In this document: piece by piece, positions 1 through 8,625 of the stretch
Position numbering within the stretch: the first letter of the stretch is position 1
Layout of the letters: the number at the start of each line of letters is the position of its first letter
DNA from: Hydrurus foetidus
Lineage: Eukaryota
Direction: 5' to 3'
Assembly (NCBI GenBank): GCA_900617105.1
Contig: UYFQ01000006.1
Location: 682,001-746,000 of the forward strand
DNA: 64,000 nt
The notes under the pieces: model-generated
What the model was told of the DNA's origin: nothing
The model's input: the letters and a program-made list of their open reading frames with translations, nothing else
Database searches by the model: none
Position numbers and translations under genes: made by a program

Positions 1-469
1 GTCGATTGCGGCCCTGCCAGGGCAAATCTTTGAAGGCAAAGTAACCGCTGCGTCCGACTTCATTGACCCCACCACCCGTACCATCAAGGTGCGCGGCGTG
101 ATCGCCAACCCGGATCGCCTGTTGAAAGCTGAAATGCTGGCCACCGCCCGTATTCAGCGCCAACTGGGCAACGGCGTGATCGTGCCCGCCTCTGCGGTAA
201 TTTTGCGCGGTGCGCAACAGTTTGTGTTTGTACAGGTACAACCCGGAGTGTTCGAGCCACGCCAAGTCGAGCGCAGCTACGAAGGTACCAAGCAGGCCCT
301 CATTTCACGCGGGCTTGAAGTAGGTGAACAGGTGGTAAGTGAGAACGCGCTGCTGCTGGGTCGCCAGTTCCGTGTCGCCTCTGACGAAGCCAAAACACCT
401 GTCACAGTCCCTGCGGCAGTGACAACACCCGCCGCCCCCAGTGCAGCAGCCAAAGCATCCGCACCATGA
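1..469 (+). CDS. RND efflux periplasmic adaptor (CusB/CzcB-like), 5'-truncated by window edge
   Basis: Frame open from position 2 (SIAALPGQIFEGKV...FIDPTTRTIKVR...LKAEM...VPASAV...GLEVGEQVV); stop overlaps the RND permease start. Confidence 0.85.
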   Translation, partial: SIAALPGQIFEGKVTAASDFIDPTTRTIKVRGVIANPDRLLKAEMLATARIQRQLGNGVIVPASAVILRGAQQFVFVQVQPGVFEPRQVERSYEGTKQALISRGLEVGEQVVSENALLLGRQFRVASDEAKTPVTVPAAVTTPAAPSAAAKASAP

Positions 470-3400
470 AACGCCTGATTAACTACGCGCTCACGCAGCC
501 GCTGCTCATCGTGATGGGCACACTGATGTTCATCATGGCGGGTGTCATCGCCTTCAAAAACCTCTCCGTCGAAGCCTTCCCCGATGTCACCGATACCCAA
601 GTCACGGTGATTGCCCTGTTCCCCGGACGGGCTGCTGAAGAGGTGGAAAAGCAAATCACCCTGCCGATGGAAACCGCGCTGGCGGGTTTGCCCAATTCCA
701 TCCGTCTTTTCTCACACACCCAGTTTGGCCTCTCGTACACAGTGATCACGTTTGACGACAACGCCAACGTCAATGTGGTGCGCCAGCAGGTCAACGAGCG
801 GCTGAACAATGTGGATTTGCCCGCAGGGGCACAGGTCAACGTCGCGCCCAACGCCACCCCGGTGGGTGAAGTGATGCGCTACCGCGTGCGCGGTGACGGC
901 CAAACAACCACCGATTTACGCACGCTGGAAGACTGGGTGATCGAGCGTGGCTTGCGCCAAGTCCCCGGTGTGGCCGACGTGGTGGCGATGGGTGGCTTCA
1001 TCAAACAGTACGAAGTGCAACCTGATTTGGACAAGCTGCGGGCCTACAAACTGAGCTTTCAAAACGTGCTGGATGCGTTAGGCCGGGGCAACTCCAATGC
1101 CGGTGGCAGCTACGTGGCGCAGGGCGCGCAGCAGTTCGCCATTCGCGGCATCGGCTTGCTGCAATCGCCTGAAGACATTGGCCGCATCGTGCTCGGTGCA
1201 CGCAATGGCACACCCATCCTTATCCGTGACGTGGCCCAGATCAAGCTGGGTGCCGTGCCCCGCCTGGGCATCGTCGGTCAAGACCAGGACGATGATGCCG
1301 TGATCGGTATCGTCATCATGCGCAAAGGCGAAAACCCCAGCGTGGTGCTCAAGGGCGTGAAAGCAAAAATCGAGGAACTCAACACCCGTGGACTGCCCAA
1401 GGGCGTGCAGATCGTGCCGTTTTATGACCGCACATGGTTGATGGCCAAAACGCTGACCACTGTGTTCCACAACCTCGTGGAAGGTGCATTGCTGGTCGCT
1501 TTGGTGCTGTACATCTTTTTGTCCAACTTCCGCGCCAGTCTGGCGGTGGTGGTGGTCATTCCGCTCGCGCTGCTGGCCACGTTCTTGGGCCTCAAAATCA
1601 TGGGCGTACCGGCCAATTTACTGAGTTTGGGGGCGATGGATTTCGGCATCATCGTGGACGGTGCGGTGATCGTGATTGAAAACATCATGCACCGGCTGGC
1701 CGAAAAAGGCGAAAACATGACCCCGCAAGAGCGCCGTGCAGTCGTCGCCAATGCGGCGAATGAAGTGGGCCGCCCCACGCTGTTTTCGATGCTCATCATC
1801 ATCGCAGCGCACATCCCCATTTTTGCGCTGCAACGCCATGAAGGCCGCATTTTCCAGCCGATGGCTTTATCTGTCAGCACCGCGCTGGTGGGTTCGCTGA
1901 TTTTCTCGCTGACCCTGGTGCCGCTGTTGGCTTACTGGATGCTGCGCCGCAAGCTGCCGCACGGTGACAACCGCGTGGTTGCCGCAGCCAAGCGCCTGTA
2001 CACGCCGGTTCTGGACTGGGCACTGGAGAACCGCCGCAAAGTGGTGGTGATCGCGCTAACCACCTTTGCCCTGTCCATCGGTGTCGCTTCCCGCCTCGGT
2101 TCAGAATTTTTACCCGAATTGAACGAAGGCACTTTCTGGGTCAACTGGGACATGCCCGCCAGCTTGTCGCAAGAAGAAGCCATCAAAACCATGGCGATGG
2201 CCCGCAAGGTGCTGGCAACGGTGCCTGAAGTACGCACCGTAGTGTCCAAATCTGGCCAGCCTGAAGACGGCACTGACCCCAAAACCCTCAGCATGGCCGA
2301 GGTTTTTGTGGACGTGAAGCCCCACGAGGAATGGCGCCCCGGCATGACGCGCGACAAGCTGATCGACGAGATGGACCGCAAACTTTCCGTCATCCCCAGC
2401 GTAGACCCGGCGTTCTCACAGCCCATTCGCGACAACGTGCTCGAATCCATCTCGCAGATCAAAGGCCAGATCGTGGTCAAGGTATCGGGTGATGATTTGA
2501 ACGAGTTGCGCAAAGCCGTGGAAGCTTTGCAACGTGAATTCAAGCAAGTCGCAGGTATCCAACGCGCAGAGGTGGACCGCTTGGGCGAGCTGCCACAATT
2601 GGTGATCGACATCGACCGCGATCGCGCCTCCCGCCTGGGACTGAACGTGGGTGATGTGCAAGACGTGATCGAAGCCGCCCTCGCTGGCAAAGCTGCCACC
2701 CAACTTTGGGAAGGCGAACGTAAATTTGCCGTGGCCGTGCGTCTGCCTGAAGACCGCCGTGTCATCGGCAACCTGCGCAACACGCCGATCGCCTTGCCCG
2801 AAGGCGGCTACACCACGCTGGGTGCGGTAGCGAACATCCGCGAAGCCAGCGGCGCGATGAACATTGCCCGTGAAGCCGGTCGCCGCACGATGGCCATTGG
2901 CATTTTCATCAAGGGCCGCGACATGGGTTCGGTGGTGGCGGACATGAAGTCCCGCGCTGAAAAGAACGTGAAACTGCCTGAGAACTACAGCATCACCTGG
3001 TCAGGTGAATTTGAAAACCAAGAGCGTGCCATGCAGCGCCTGACAGTGGTGGTGCCGATCTCGTTGTTGCTGATCTTTGTGCTGCTGTTCGATGCCTTCA
3101 AATCGTTCAAAGCAGCAGCGTTGATTCTGGTCAACGTGCCCTTGGCGCTGATTGGTGGCTTTGTGGCGCTGTGGATTTTCTCGATTCCGCTGTCGGTATC
3201 GGCTGCCATTGGCTTCATTGCGCTGAGTGGGCAGGCCGTGCTGAACGGCGTGGTAATGCTGTCGGTGTTCCAGCAACTGCGTAATGCCGGTCACACGGTG
3301 ATGGAATCGGTTAAAAGTGGTTCTCTGCAACGCCTGCGCACCGTGCTGATGACCGCCATGTTGGCCGCACTGGGGCTGCTGCCGATGGCACTGTCGCAAG

Positions 3401-3546
3401 ACATAGGCTCTGAAACCCAGCGCCCATTGGCGATCGTGGTCATTGGTGGCCTCTTCACCGCCACGCTGCTGACACTGGTGGTGCTACCTGTGTTGTACGT
3501 GGCCTGGTTCTCCAAAGACAAGGTGGAGAAGCTGGAGGAGGATTAA
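466..3546 (+). CDS. CusA/CzcA-family heavy-metal efflux RND permease
   Basis: 1026 aa; EAFPDVTD, DFGIIVDGAVI and RLRTVLMTA..A.LG.LP motifs of HME-RND pumps. Confidence 0.93.
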   Translation: MKRLINYALTQPLLIVMGTLMFIMAGVIAFKNLSVEAFPDVTDTQVTVIALFPGRAAEEVEKQITLPMETALAGLPNSIRLFSHTQFGLSYTVITFDDNANVNVVRQQVNERLNNVDLPAGAQVNVAPNATPVGEVMRYRVRGDGQTTTDLRTLEDWVIERGLRQVPGVADVVAMGGFIKQYEVQPDLDKLRAYKLSFQNVLDALGRGNSNAGGSYVAQGAQQFAIRGIGLLQSPEDIGRIVLGARNGTPILIRDVAQIKLGAVPRLGIVGQDQDDDAVIGIVIMRKGENPSVVLKGVKAKIEELNTRGLPKGVQIVPFYDRTWLMAKTLTTVFHNLVEGALLVALVLYIFLSNFRASLAVVVVIPLALLATFLGLKIMGVPANLLSLGAMDFGIIVDGAVIVIENIMHRLAEKGENMTPQERRAVVANAANEVGRPTLFSMLIIIAAHIPIFALQRHEGRIFQPMALSVSTALVGSLIFSLTLVPLLAYWMLRRKLPHGDNRVVAAAKRLYTPVLDWALENRRKVVVIALTTFALSIGVASRLGSEFLPELNEGTFWVNWDMPASLSQEEAIKTMAMARKVLATVPEVRTVVSKSGQPEDGTDPKTLSMAEVFVDVKPHEEWRPGMTRDKLIDEMDRKLSVIPSVDPAFSQPIRDNVLESISQIKGQIVVKVSGDDLNELRKAVEALQREFKQVAGIQRAEVDRLGELPQLVIDIDRDRASRLGLNVGDVQDVIEAALAGKAATQLWEGERKFAVAVRLPEDRRVIGNLRNTPIALPEGGYTTLGAVANIREASGAMNIAREAGRRTMAIGIFIKGRDMGSVVADMKSRAEKNVKLPENYSITWSGEFENQERAMQRLTVVVPISLLLIFVLLFDAFKSFKAAALILVNVPLALIGGFVALWIFSIPLSVSAAIGFIALSGQAVLNGVVMLSVFQQLRNAGHTVMESVKSGSLQRLRTVLMTAMLAALGLLPMALSQDIGSETQRPLAIVVIGGLFTATLLTLVVLPVLYVAWFSKDKVEKLEED

Positions 3547-3566
3547 AGGTTAGCGGTTAAATTGAC

Positions 3567-3583
3567 GCTACTGTATTCATAGC
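3567..3583. repeat. Dispersed 17-bp GCTA-N9-TAGC element (intergenic)
   Basis: GCTACTGTATTCATAGC followed by TGCTTGTGCA. Confidence 0.7.
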
Positions 3584-3617
3584 TGCTTGTGCATATCCAT
3601 ATTGCACAAGCAGCTAT
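3579..3617. terminator. 15-bp perfect hairpin between convergent genes, formed by the dispersed element
   Basis: ATAGCTGCTTGTGCA / TGCACAAGCAGCTAT followed by a T-tract. Confidence 0.65.
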
Positions 3618-3639
3618 TTTTTGTCAAAAAATAAAATGC

Positions 3640-4005
3640 TCAAACCAGCATGGCCTTGAGTTCGCCCTTTTCAATCAGCTTGCTCAAATCTGTCGCACCA
3701 CCGACCAAGGTGCCTTTCACGAACACCATCGGCAACGTGGGCCAACCTGTCCACAGCTTGAGGGCGTTGCGCTCGCGCCAATTGTTGAAGTAATTGCCGT
3801 ACTCCAGGTATTCATACGCCACACCCGCAGCTTCCAAGGCACGTTTGGCTTTTTTGGGAAAAGGGTTCATCCCCATACCGACCACAACCACCGCATTTTT
3901 GGCAACGGCAGCCTGCACTTGGCGCACGATGTCTTGCTGGGAAGTGGCAATTTTTTCGCGGATGGCCGAGTGAATATGGGCTTCGTCGAGCACGGAACGG
4001 GGCAT
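3640..4005 (-). CDS. Glutaredoxin-fold protein lacking cysteine
   Basis: LKLWTGWPTLPMVFVKGTLVGG resembles the monothiol Grx WPTFPQ..GG motif; active-site position reads MNPFP. Confidence 0.8.
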   Translation of the reverse strand: MPRSVLDEAHIHSAIREKIATSQQDIVRQVQAAVAKNAVVVVGMGMNPFPKKAKRALEAAGVAYEYLEYGNYFNNWRERNALKLWTGWPTLPMVFVKGTLVGGATDLSKLIEKGELKAMLV

Positions 4006-4088
4006 AGCTGACTCCAGATAACAATTGAGAGGCGCCGGTTATAGCACCCACTGGTAAGATTTATCTTTTTTCGGAGCTGACGCCCGCC

Positions 4089-4871
4089 ATGTCCGTAGCC
4101 CTTGCAGGACGCTCTCCTGCCACCTTCGAAATCAAAAGCGCCAACCTGCCCCTGGTGGCGCTGCTGCTCAAGTCCAATGATCTGGTACAGCTGTCCGCCG
4201 AATGGGCACAGCGCTTTGGCGACAGTCCTGATTTTTTTGACCACGATCCGCTGGTCGTTGACCTGACACCGCTACCGCTTGAGGTTGAAAACGTCAACTT
4301 TCCCGCCCTCCTTACCCTGCTGCGCCAGTACCGCTTAGGCCCCATCGCCGTCAAAGGTGGCAATGCCATGCTCATGGCATCGGCCTTGGCCGCAGGGTTG
4401 ATAGCCGCCCCTGACGCCACCCCCCTGCTGGGCACACCACAGGAGATAACGGTGGTGCAAGAGGTCATCCATGAGGTCGAAGTGGTGCGTGAGGTGGTTC
4501 GTGAAGTCATCATGGCCAACCCCAGCGCAATGGTGATCGACAAACCCCTGCGTTCAGGCCAGCAGGTGTATGCCAAAGGGCGTGACCTGGTAGTGCTGTC
4601 GATGGTGAACCCCGGTGCCGAAGTGATTGCCGATGGCCATATCCATGTCTACGCGCCTCTGCGGGGCAAAGCCATTGCCGGGGCACGTGGCAATGCCGAG
4701 GCCCGCATTTTTTCGACCTGCCTGGAAGCACAATTGCTGTCCATTGCCGGGGTTTACCGCACCAGTGATGTGCCTTTGCCAGCCGATGTTTTTTCCAAAG
4801 CCACGCAAGTGCGCCTTGAAGGCAACACGGCTGACGGCAAGCTGGTGATGGAGCCTCTGCGCAGCACCTGA
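4089..4871 (+). CDS. minC: Septum site-determining protein MinC
   Basis: LRSGQQVYA, GAEVIADGHIHVYAPLRGKAIAG motifs; first gene of minCDE. Confidence 0.97.
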   Translation: MSVALAGRSPATFEIKSANLPLVALLLKSNDLVQLSAEWAQRFGDSPDFFDHDPLVVDLTPLPLEVENVNFPALLTLLRQYRLGPIAVKGGNAMLMASALAAGLIAAPDATPLLGTPQEITVVQEVIHEVEVVREVVREVIMANPSAMVIDKPLRSGQQVYAKGRDLVVLSMVNPGAEVIADGHIHVYAPLRGKAIAGARGNAEARIFSTCLEAQLLSIAGVYRTSDVPLPADVFSKATQVRLEGNTADGKLVMEPLRST

Positions 4872-5014
4872 AGGTTAAAAACCACCTCAACACATCCCCC
4901 TACATGTCCTAGGCACTATTCACACCCTGTGGACGAGACTCTTTTTCCCCTTTACCCTTACGGTCTTGTGTGTTTAACAATAACTAACAGCCCCTCCCCT
5001 AGGAATTCAAACCC

Positions 5015-5830
5015 ATGTCAAGAATCATCGTTGTGACCTCCGGCAAAGGCGGCGTGGGTAAAACCACTACCAGCGCCAGTTTTGCCACCGGCCTTGCATT
5101 GCGCGGCTTTAAAACCGTTGTGATTGACTTTGATGTCGGTCTACGCAACCTTGACCTCATCATGGGTTGCGAGCGCCGCGTGGTGTATGACTTGATCAAC
5201 GTCATCCACAACGAAGCTAACCTCAACCAAGCCCTCATCAAAGACAAGCAGTGTGACAACCTGTTTGTGCTAGCTGCCTCGCAAACCCGCGACAAAGACG
5301 CCTTGAGCCAAGAAGGCGTGGAGCGCGTGCTGACCGATTTGGCCACCATGGGCTTTGAATACATCATTTGCGACTCACCCGCTGGTATCGAAACCGGCGC
5401 ACTGATGGCCATGCACTTCGCCGATGAGGCTCTGGTTGTTACCAACCCTGAAGTCTCATCGGTGCGTGATTCTGACCGCATTCTGGGCATGCTGAGTTCT
5501 AAAACCAAACGTGCCATTGAAGGCTTAGAACCCATCAAAGAGCATTTGCTCATCACCCGCTACAACCCCAGTCGCGTTGACCAGGGCCAAATGCTGTCGC
5601 TTGAAGACGTGCAAGACATCCTGCGCATCAAGCTGATCGGAGTCATCCCTGAATCCGAAGCGGTGCTGCAAGCCTCTAACCAAGGCGTGCCTGCGGTCCA
5701 CATGGAAGGCTCGGACGTGTCCGAGGCTTACAAAGACGTGGTGGGACGCTTTTTGGGTGAAGACAAACCGCTGCGTTTCATTGAAGCGCAAAAAGTGGGT
5801 TTCTTCAAACGCCTGTTTGGGGGGAAGTGA
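5015..5830 (+). CDS. minD: Septum site-determining ATPase MinD
   Basis: SGKGGVGKTT deviant Walker A, GLRNLD, C-terminal GFFKRLFG amphipathic helix. Confidence 0.98.
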   Translation: MSRIIVVTSGKGGVGKTTTSASFATGLALRGFKTVVIDFDVGLRNLDLIMGCERRVVYDLINVIHNEANLNQALIKDKQCDNLFVLAASQTRDKDALSQEGVERVLTDLATMGFEYIICDSPAGIETGALMAMHFADEALVVTNPEVSSVRDSDRILGMLSSKTKRAIEGLEPIKEHLLITRYNPSRVDQGQMLSLEDVQDILRIKLIGVIPESEAVLQASNQGVPAVHMEGSDVSEAYKDVVGRFLGEDKPLRFIEAQKVGFFKRLFGGK

Positions 5831-5833
5831 GCC

Positions 5834-6094
5834 ATGTCCTTTTTGTCTTTCTTGGTCGGCGAAAAGAAAAAGACCGCCAGCGTGGCCAAAGAACGCTTGC
5901 AAATCATCCTCGCCCATGAACGCAGTGGCCGCAATGCCGCTGAACCCGACTACCTGCCCGCGCTGCAACGCGACCTGATGGCTGTCATCAGCAAGTACAT
6001 CAAAATTGATTTGAACGACATCAAAGTCAACCTGGAACGCCGGGACAACTTTGAAGTGCTGGAAGTGAAAATCGAACTTCCTGACGGGAAGTAA
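5834..6094 (+). CDS. minE: Cell division topological specificity factor MinE
   Basis: [17 protein letters not shown] motif. Confidence 0.97.
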   Translation: MSFLSFLVGEKKKTASVAKERLQIILAHERSGRNAAEPDYLPALQRDLMAVISKYIKIDLNDIKVNLERRDNFEVLEVKIELPDGK

Positions 6095-6420
6095 GCGTCA
6101 GCAGCGCAAAGCAGCTTGTCTGCCCAACCTACCAAAATGGTAGTTTTTGGGTAGGTTTTGACCGAACAGGGTTCAGACGCAAAACCCTGCTTCACTCCAT
6201 TTCTCAAAATCTCTGAATAACGGCCCCTCAGCCGTTTAATCGCTTTTACCCATCTACCCCTTCATTTCAGCAGCCAACGTGCTCTTAACGTGTCTCAGGC
6301 CGTCTGGCAGGGCCTGGTGGTGGTTTTAGGGTTTTCCTTTTGATTGCAATTCTTTGTAAGTGGGCACTCGCCTGCTTGCTTTGCGAAGTTGTTTTACCTT
6401 ATCCCTTTAATAAGATTATT

Positions 6421-6615
6421 TCTAATTAGCAGTAGTAGTAAGGGCACACCTGTTCTGTGGACAAGTCTTTTTTCTTGCTTGTAATCAATCACTTACACGC
6501 TTTCAAACCATGTGTGTGCAGCCCTGTTCTTGGTGTCCGGGTTGGTGAACAACTTTTGGAAAGCGCACTCTTCTGTTGAAAAGTTAGCAGTTACACCGGT
6601 TTTATACACAAACTT
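6421..6615. other. oriC-like module 1 (AT-rich tract, TAG trios, DnaA boxes, IHF site)
   Basis: AGTAGTAGTAAGG 6431-6443; TGTGGACAA 6456-6464; IHF AATCAATCACTTA 6483-6495; TGTTGAAAA 6574-6582; TTATACACA 6602-6610. Confidence 0.65.
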
Positions 6616-6742
6616 GTTCAGCTCATCCTGGGTTGATGCTTTTCAAAAAGGCTGGACAAGTTAGCCCACACCGACCTTGTGCGATCAAGCTGTCCTCGTT
6701 TTGGGTTTTCTGAATGTTGGTTTGCACTGACTTACCTCTAAA

Positions 6743-8034
6743 GGGCAGTTCTATAAATCGACGTTAACCACCCCAAGCCTTGCCTGGGACGCTAAACATT
6801 TCACAATGCGAATTTGTTTTGTGTTTTTTCGCATTTTTGGTGATTTCGAGGCGCTTCAAGGGGGGTTTTGCCCCCATTTCAGGCCACTTGGCCCATTTTG
6901 GGCGTGAGCAGGCGAGAGAAGCTAAAAACCTTGTTGCGCATGAGTATCTCAATGCGGCTGATGTTGTAGGTGAGGTTCATCAACGCCACGCCCACTTTGG
7001 CGCGAGCGAGTCCGATGGTGCGCAGGCCCATGCCGCCCATTGTGTTTTCCATGTGCCCAAAGACATGCTCAACGCGAGCGCGTACTTTGGACTTGGTTTT
7101 GTTGGTGGCCTTTTGTTCCTCCGTCAGAGGATGGTTGCGATACGCCCGCTCATGGATGTGGCTGCTGTGTTGGCTGGCCTGGAGCGCCTTTTCCTGCTCC
7201 TCTGAGCGGTAGGCGCTGTCTGCCCACGTGTCTTTGCCACCCTCTTCTGGTGTGCGCAGCACGGTATCAAGCTCTTGGCTGTCGTGAACGCTGGCATCTG
7301 TACACGCATGCGCCGTGATCAGCTTGGTGTCTTTGTCGATGTTGATGTGGTTCTTGTAGCCGTAGTGGCTTTGCCCGCTTTTCTTTGTCCAGCGGGCATC
7401 TACGTCTTTGTGCCGTAGCTTGTTTGCGTTGTCCATCCACTCTTCGGGGGTCTTGCCTGCTTTGAGTTGGGCATTCTCTTCGCGCCCATTGCGCTGGATG
7501 GGTACGGGGATAAAGCTGGCATCTATGATTTGCCCACTTTTGAGTTCCACGCCCATATCCCCTAGCGCTTGGGTCAGCTTGTCCAGCAGGGGCTGCATCA
7601 GGTCGCTCTTCTTGAGCGCTTCGCGAAAGGCCCAGACGGTTCTTGAGTCAGGTACAAGTCCAGCCAACTCCAACCCTAAAAACCGCATGAACGACAGCCG
7701 GTCCGTCACTTGGTATTCCAAGCGCTCGTCTGAGAGTTGATGCAGGCGCTGGAGCAGCAGCATCTTGAACATCACGATTCGGCAGGTTGGTGGACGTCCT
7801 GCTGCGCTTTTGCGTGGCTTTACATCTATGCGCTCGAGCGTCGTGCGAAACATCTCCCAGTCAATTGCCTCATTCAACCGCTCCAGCGGATCTCCGGCCT
7901 CGCTCAACTTCGCGTACCTCTTGTCGAGGTCAAAAAAACTGCTTTGCATCATGGCTTGTGATTAGGAGGCTTCTTAGATAAACGATTTATATCGTTTATG
8001 CGTTGACTGGATTTGGGAATTTATAGGACTGCCC
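6743..8034 (-). mobile_element. IS5-family insertion sequence (1292 bp), intact
   Basis: 16-bp terminal IRs GGGCAGTTCTATAAAT (6743-6758) / ATTTATAGGACTGCCC (8019-8034), 1 mismatch; TAAA duplicated on both flanks. Confidence 0.92.
6879..7952 (-). CDS. IS5-family DDE transposase
   Basis: LSDERLE..DRLSFMRFLG, IIDAS, YGYKNH, WADSAY, RARVEHVFG motifs. Confidence 0.95.
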   Translation of the reverse strand: MMQSSFFDLDKRYAKLSEAGDPLERLNEAIDWEMFRTTLERIDVKPRKSAAGRPPTCRIVMFKMLLLQRLHQLSDERLEYQVTDRLSFMRFLGLELAGLVPDSRTVWAFREALKKSDLMQPLLDKLTQALGDMGVELKSGQIIDASFIPVPIQRNGREENAQLKAGKTPEEWMDNANKLRHKDVDARWTKKSGQSHYGYKNHINIDKDTKLITAHACTDASVHDSQELDTVLRTPEEGGKDTWADSAYRSEEQEKALQASQHSSHIHERAYRNHPLTEEQKATNKTKSKVRARVEHVFGHMENTMGGMGLRTIGLARAKVGVALMNLTYNISRIEILMRNKVFSFSRLLTPKMGQVA

Positions 8035-8040
8035 TAAAAC

Positions 8041-8280
8041 AACTAATTCAATTTAGTAGTAGTAGTAAGGTTTCATCGTTTCTGTGGAAAGTCAGTGTTT
8101 ACACTTTTAAATCAAGTACTTAGCGTCCCCATAAGCCTGTGTGTGACCCCCTTTTCCTCAAGTCGTCGAGGAGATAACAACTTGGCGTTTTGGCTTTGGC
8201 CTGTGGATAACATGGTGCTTATGCAAAATCTTTCCACAGTGTTGTTAGCACCCACTCCGCTGCATCTTGTCCATACGTCT
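8041..8280. other. oriC-like module 2
   Basis: TAGTAGTAGTAGTAAGG 8054-8070; TGTGGAAAG 8083-8091; IHF AATCAAGTACTTA 8110-8122; perfect box TGTGGATAA 8202-8210; CTTTCCACA 8230-8238; TTGTCCATA 8267-8275. Confidence 0.7.
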
Positions 8281-8596
8281 GATTGGTACTTGAACCACTG
8301 CCACATGGTGAGGGGTCAAACTTCGGAAGACTCTGAGTGCCGTATCGTTATTGGTAGTACTGAGGTGCTGAGGGTGGATGTGCAGGGTGGCGCCGTTACC
8401 CATTGGTCATGACGCATTTCAGACGTGAATTTCAAGCCTTGGGCCAGGATGCACGAGAGCTTCCTTTGGGTTTGCAATAGCCGTTAAGTTGGCTCGCTTC
8501 ACCAGAAAATAAGCCCAGTCACGCTAGGTTTTTTCGTCAGATGCCGTGGCTTCACATGTCAATAGTCTGCGCCCAAACACCACGCATGCGTATAAA

Positions 8597-8613
8597 GCTA
8601 TCTTTTTAAGAGC
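8597..8613. repeat. Dispersed 17-bp element (intergenic)
   Basis: GCTATCTTTTTAAGAGC. Confidence 0.6.
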
Positions 8614-8625
8614 ATCACCAGCGCA

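Noticed and set aside
6328..6338. AGGGTTTTCCT-like palindromes (also near 16470, 23926, 57309)
   Set aside because: Recurrent in intergenic DNA but short and variable; cannot be separated from chance without a genome-wide count.
8095..8412. 105-aa ORF over origin-like module 2
   Set aside because: Overlaps DnaA/IHF motifs, atypical composition, no motif; likely spurious.
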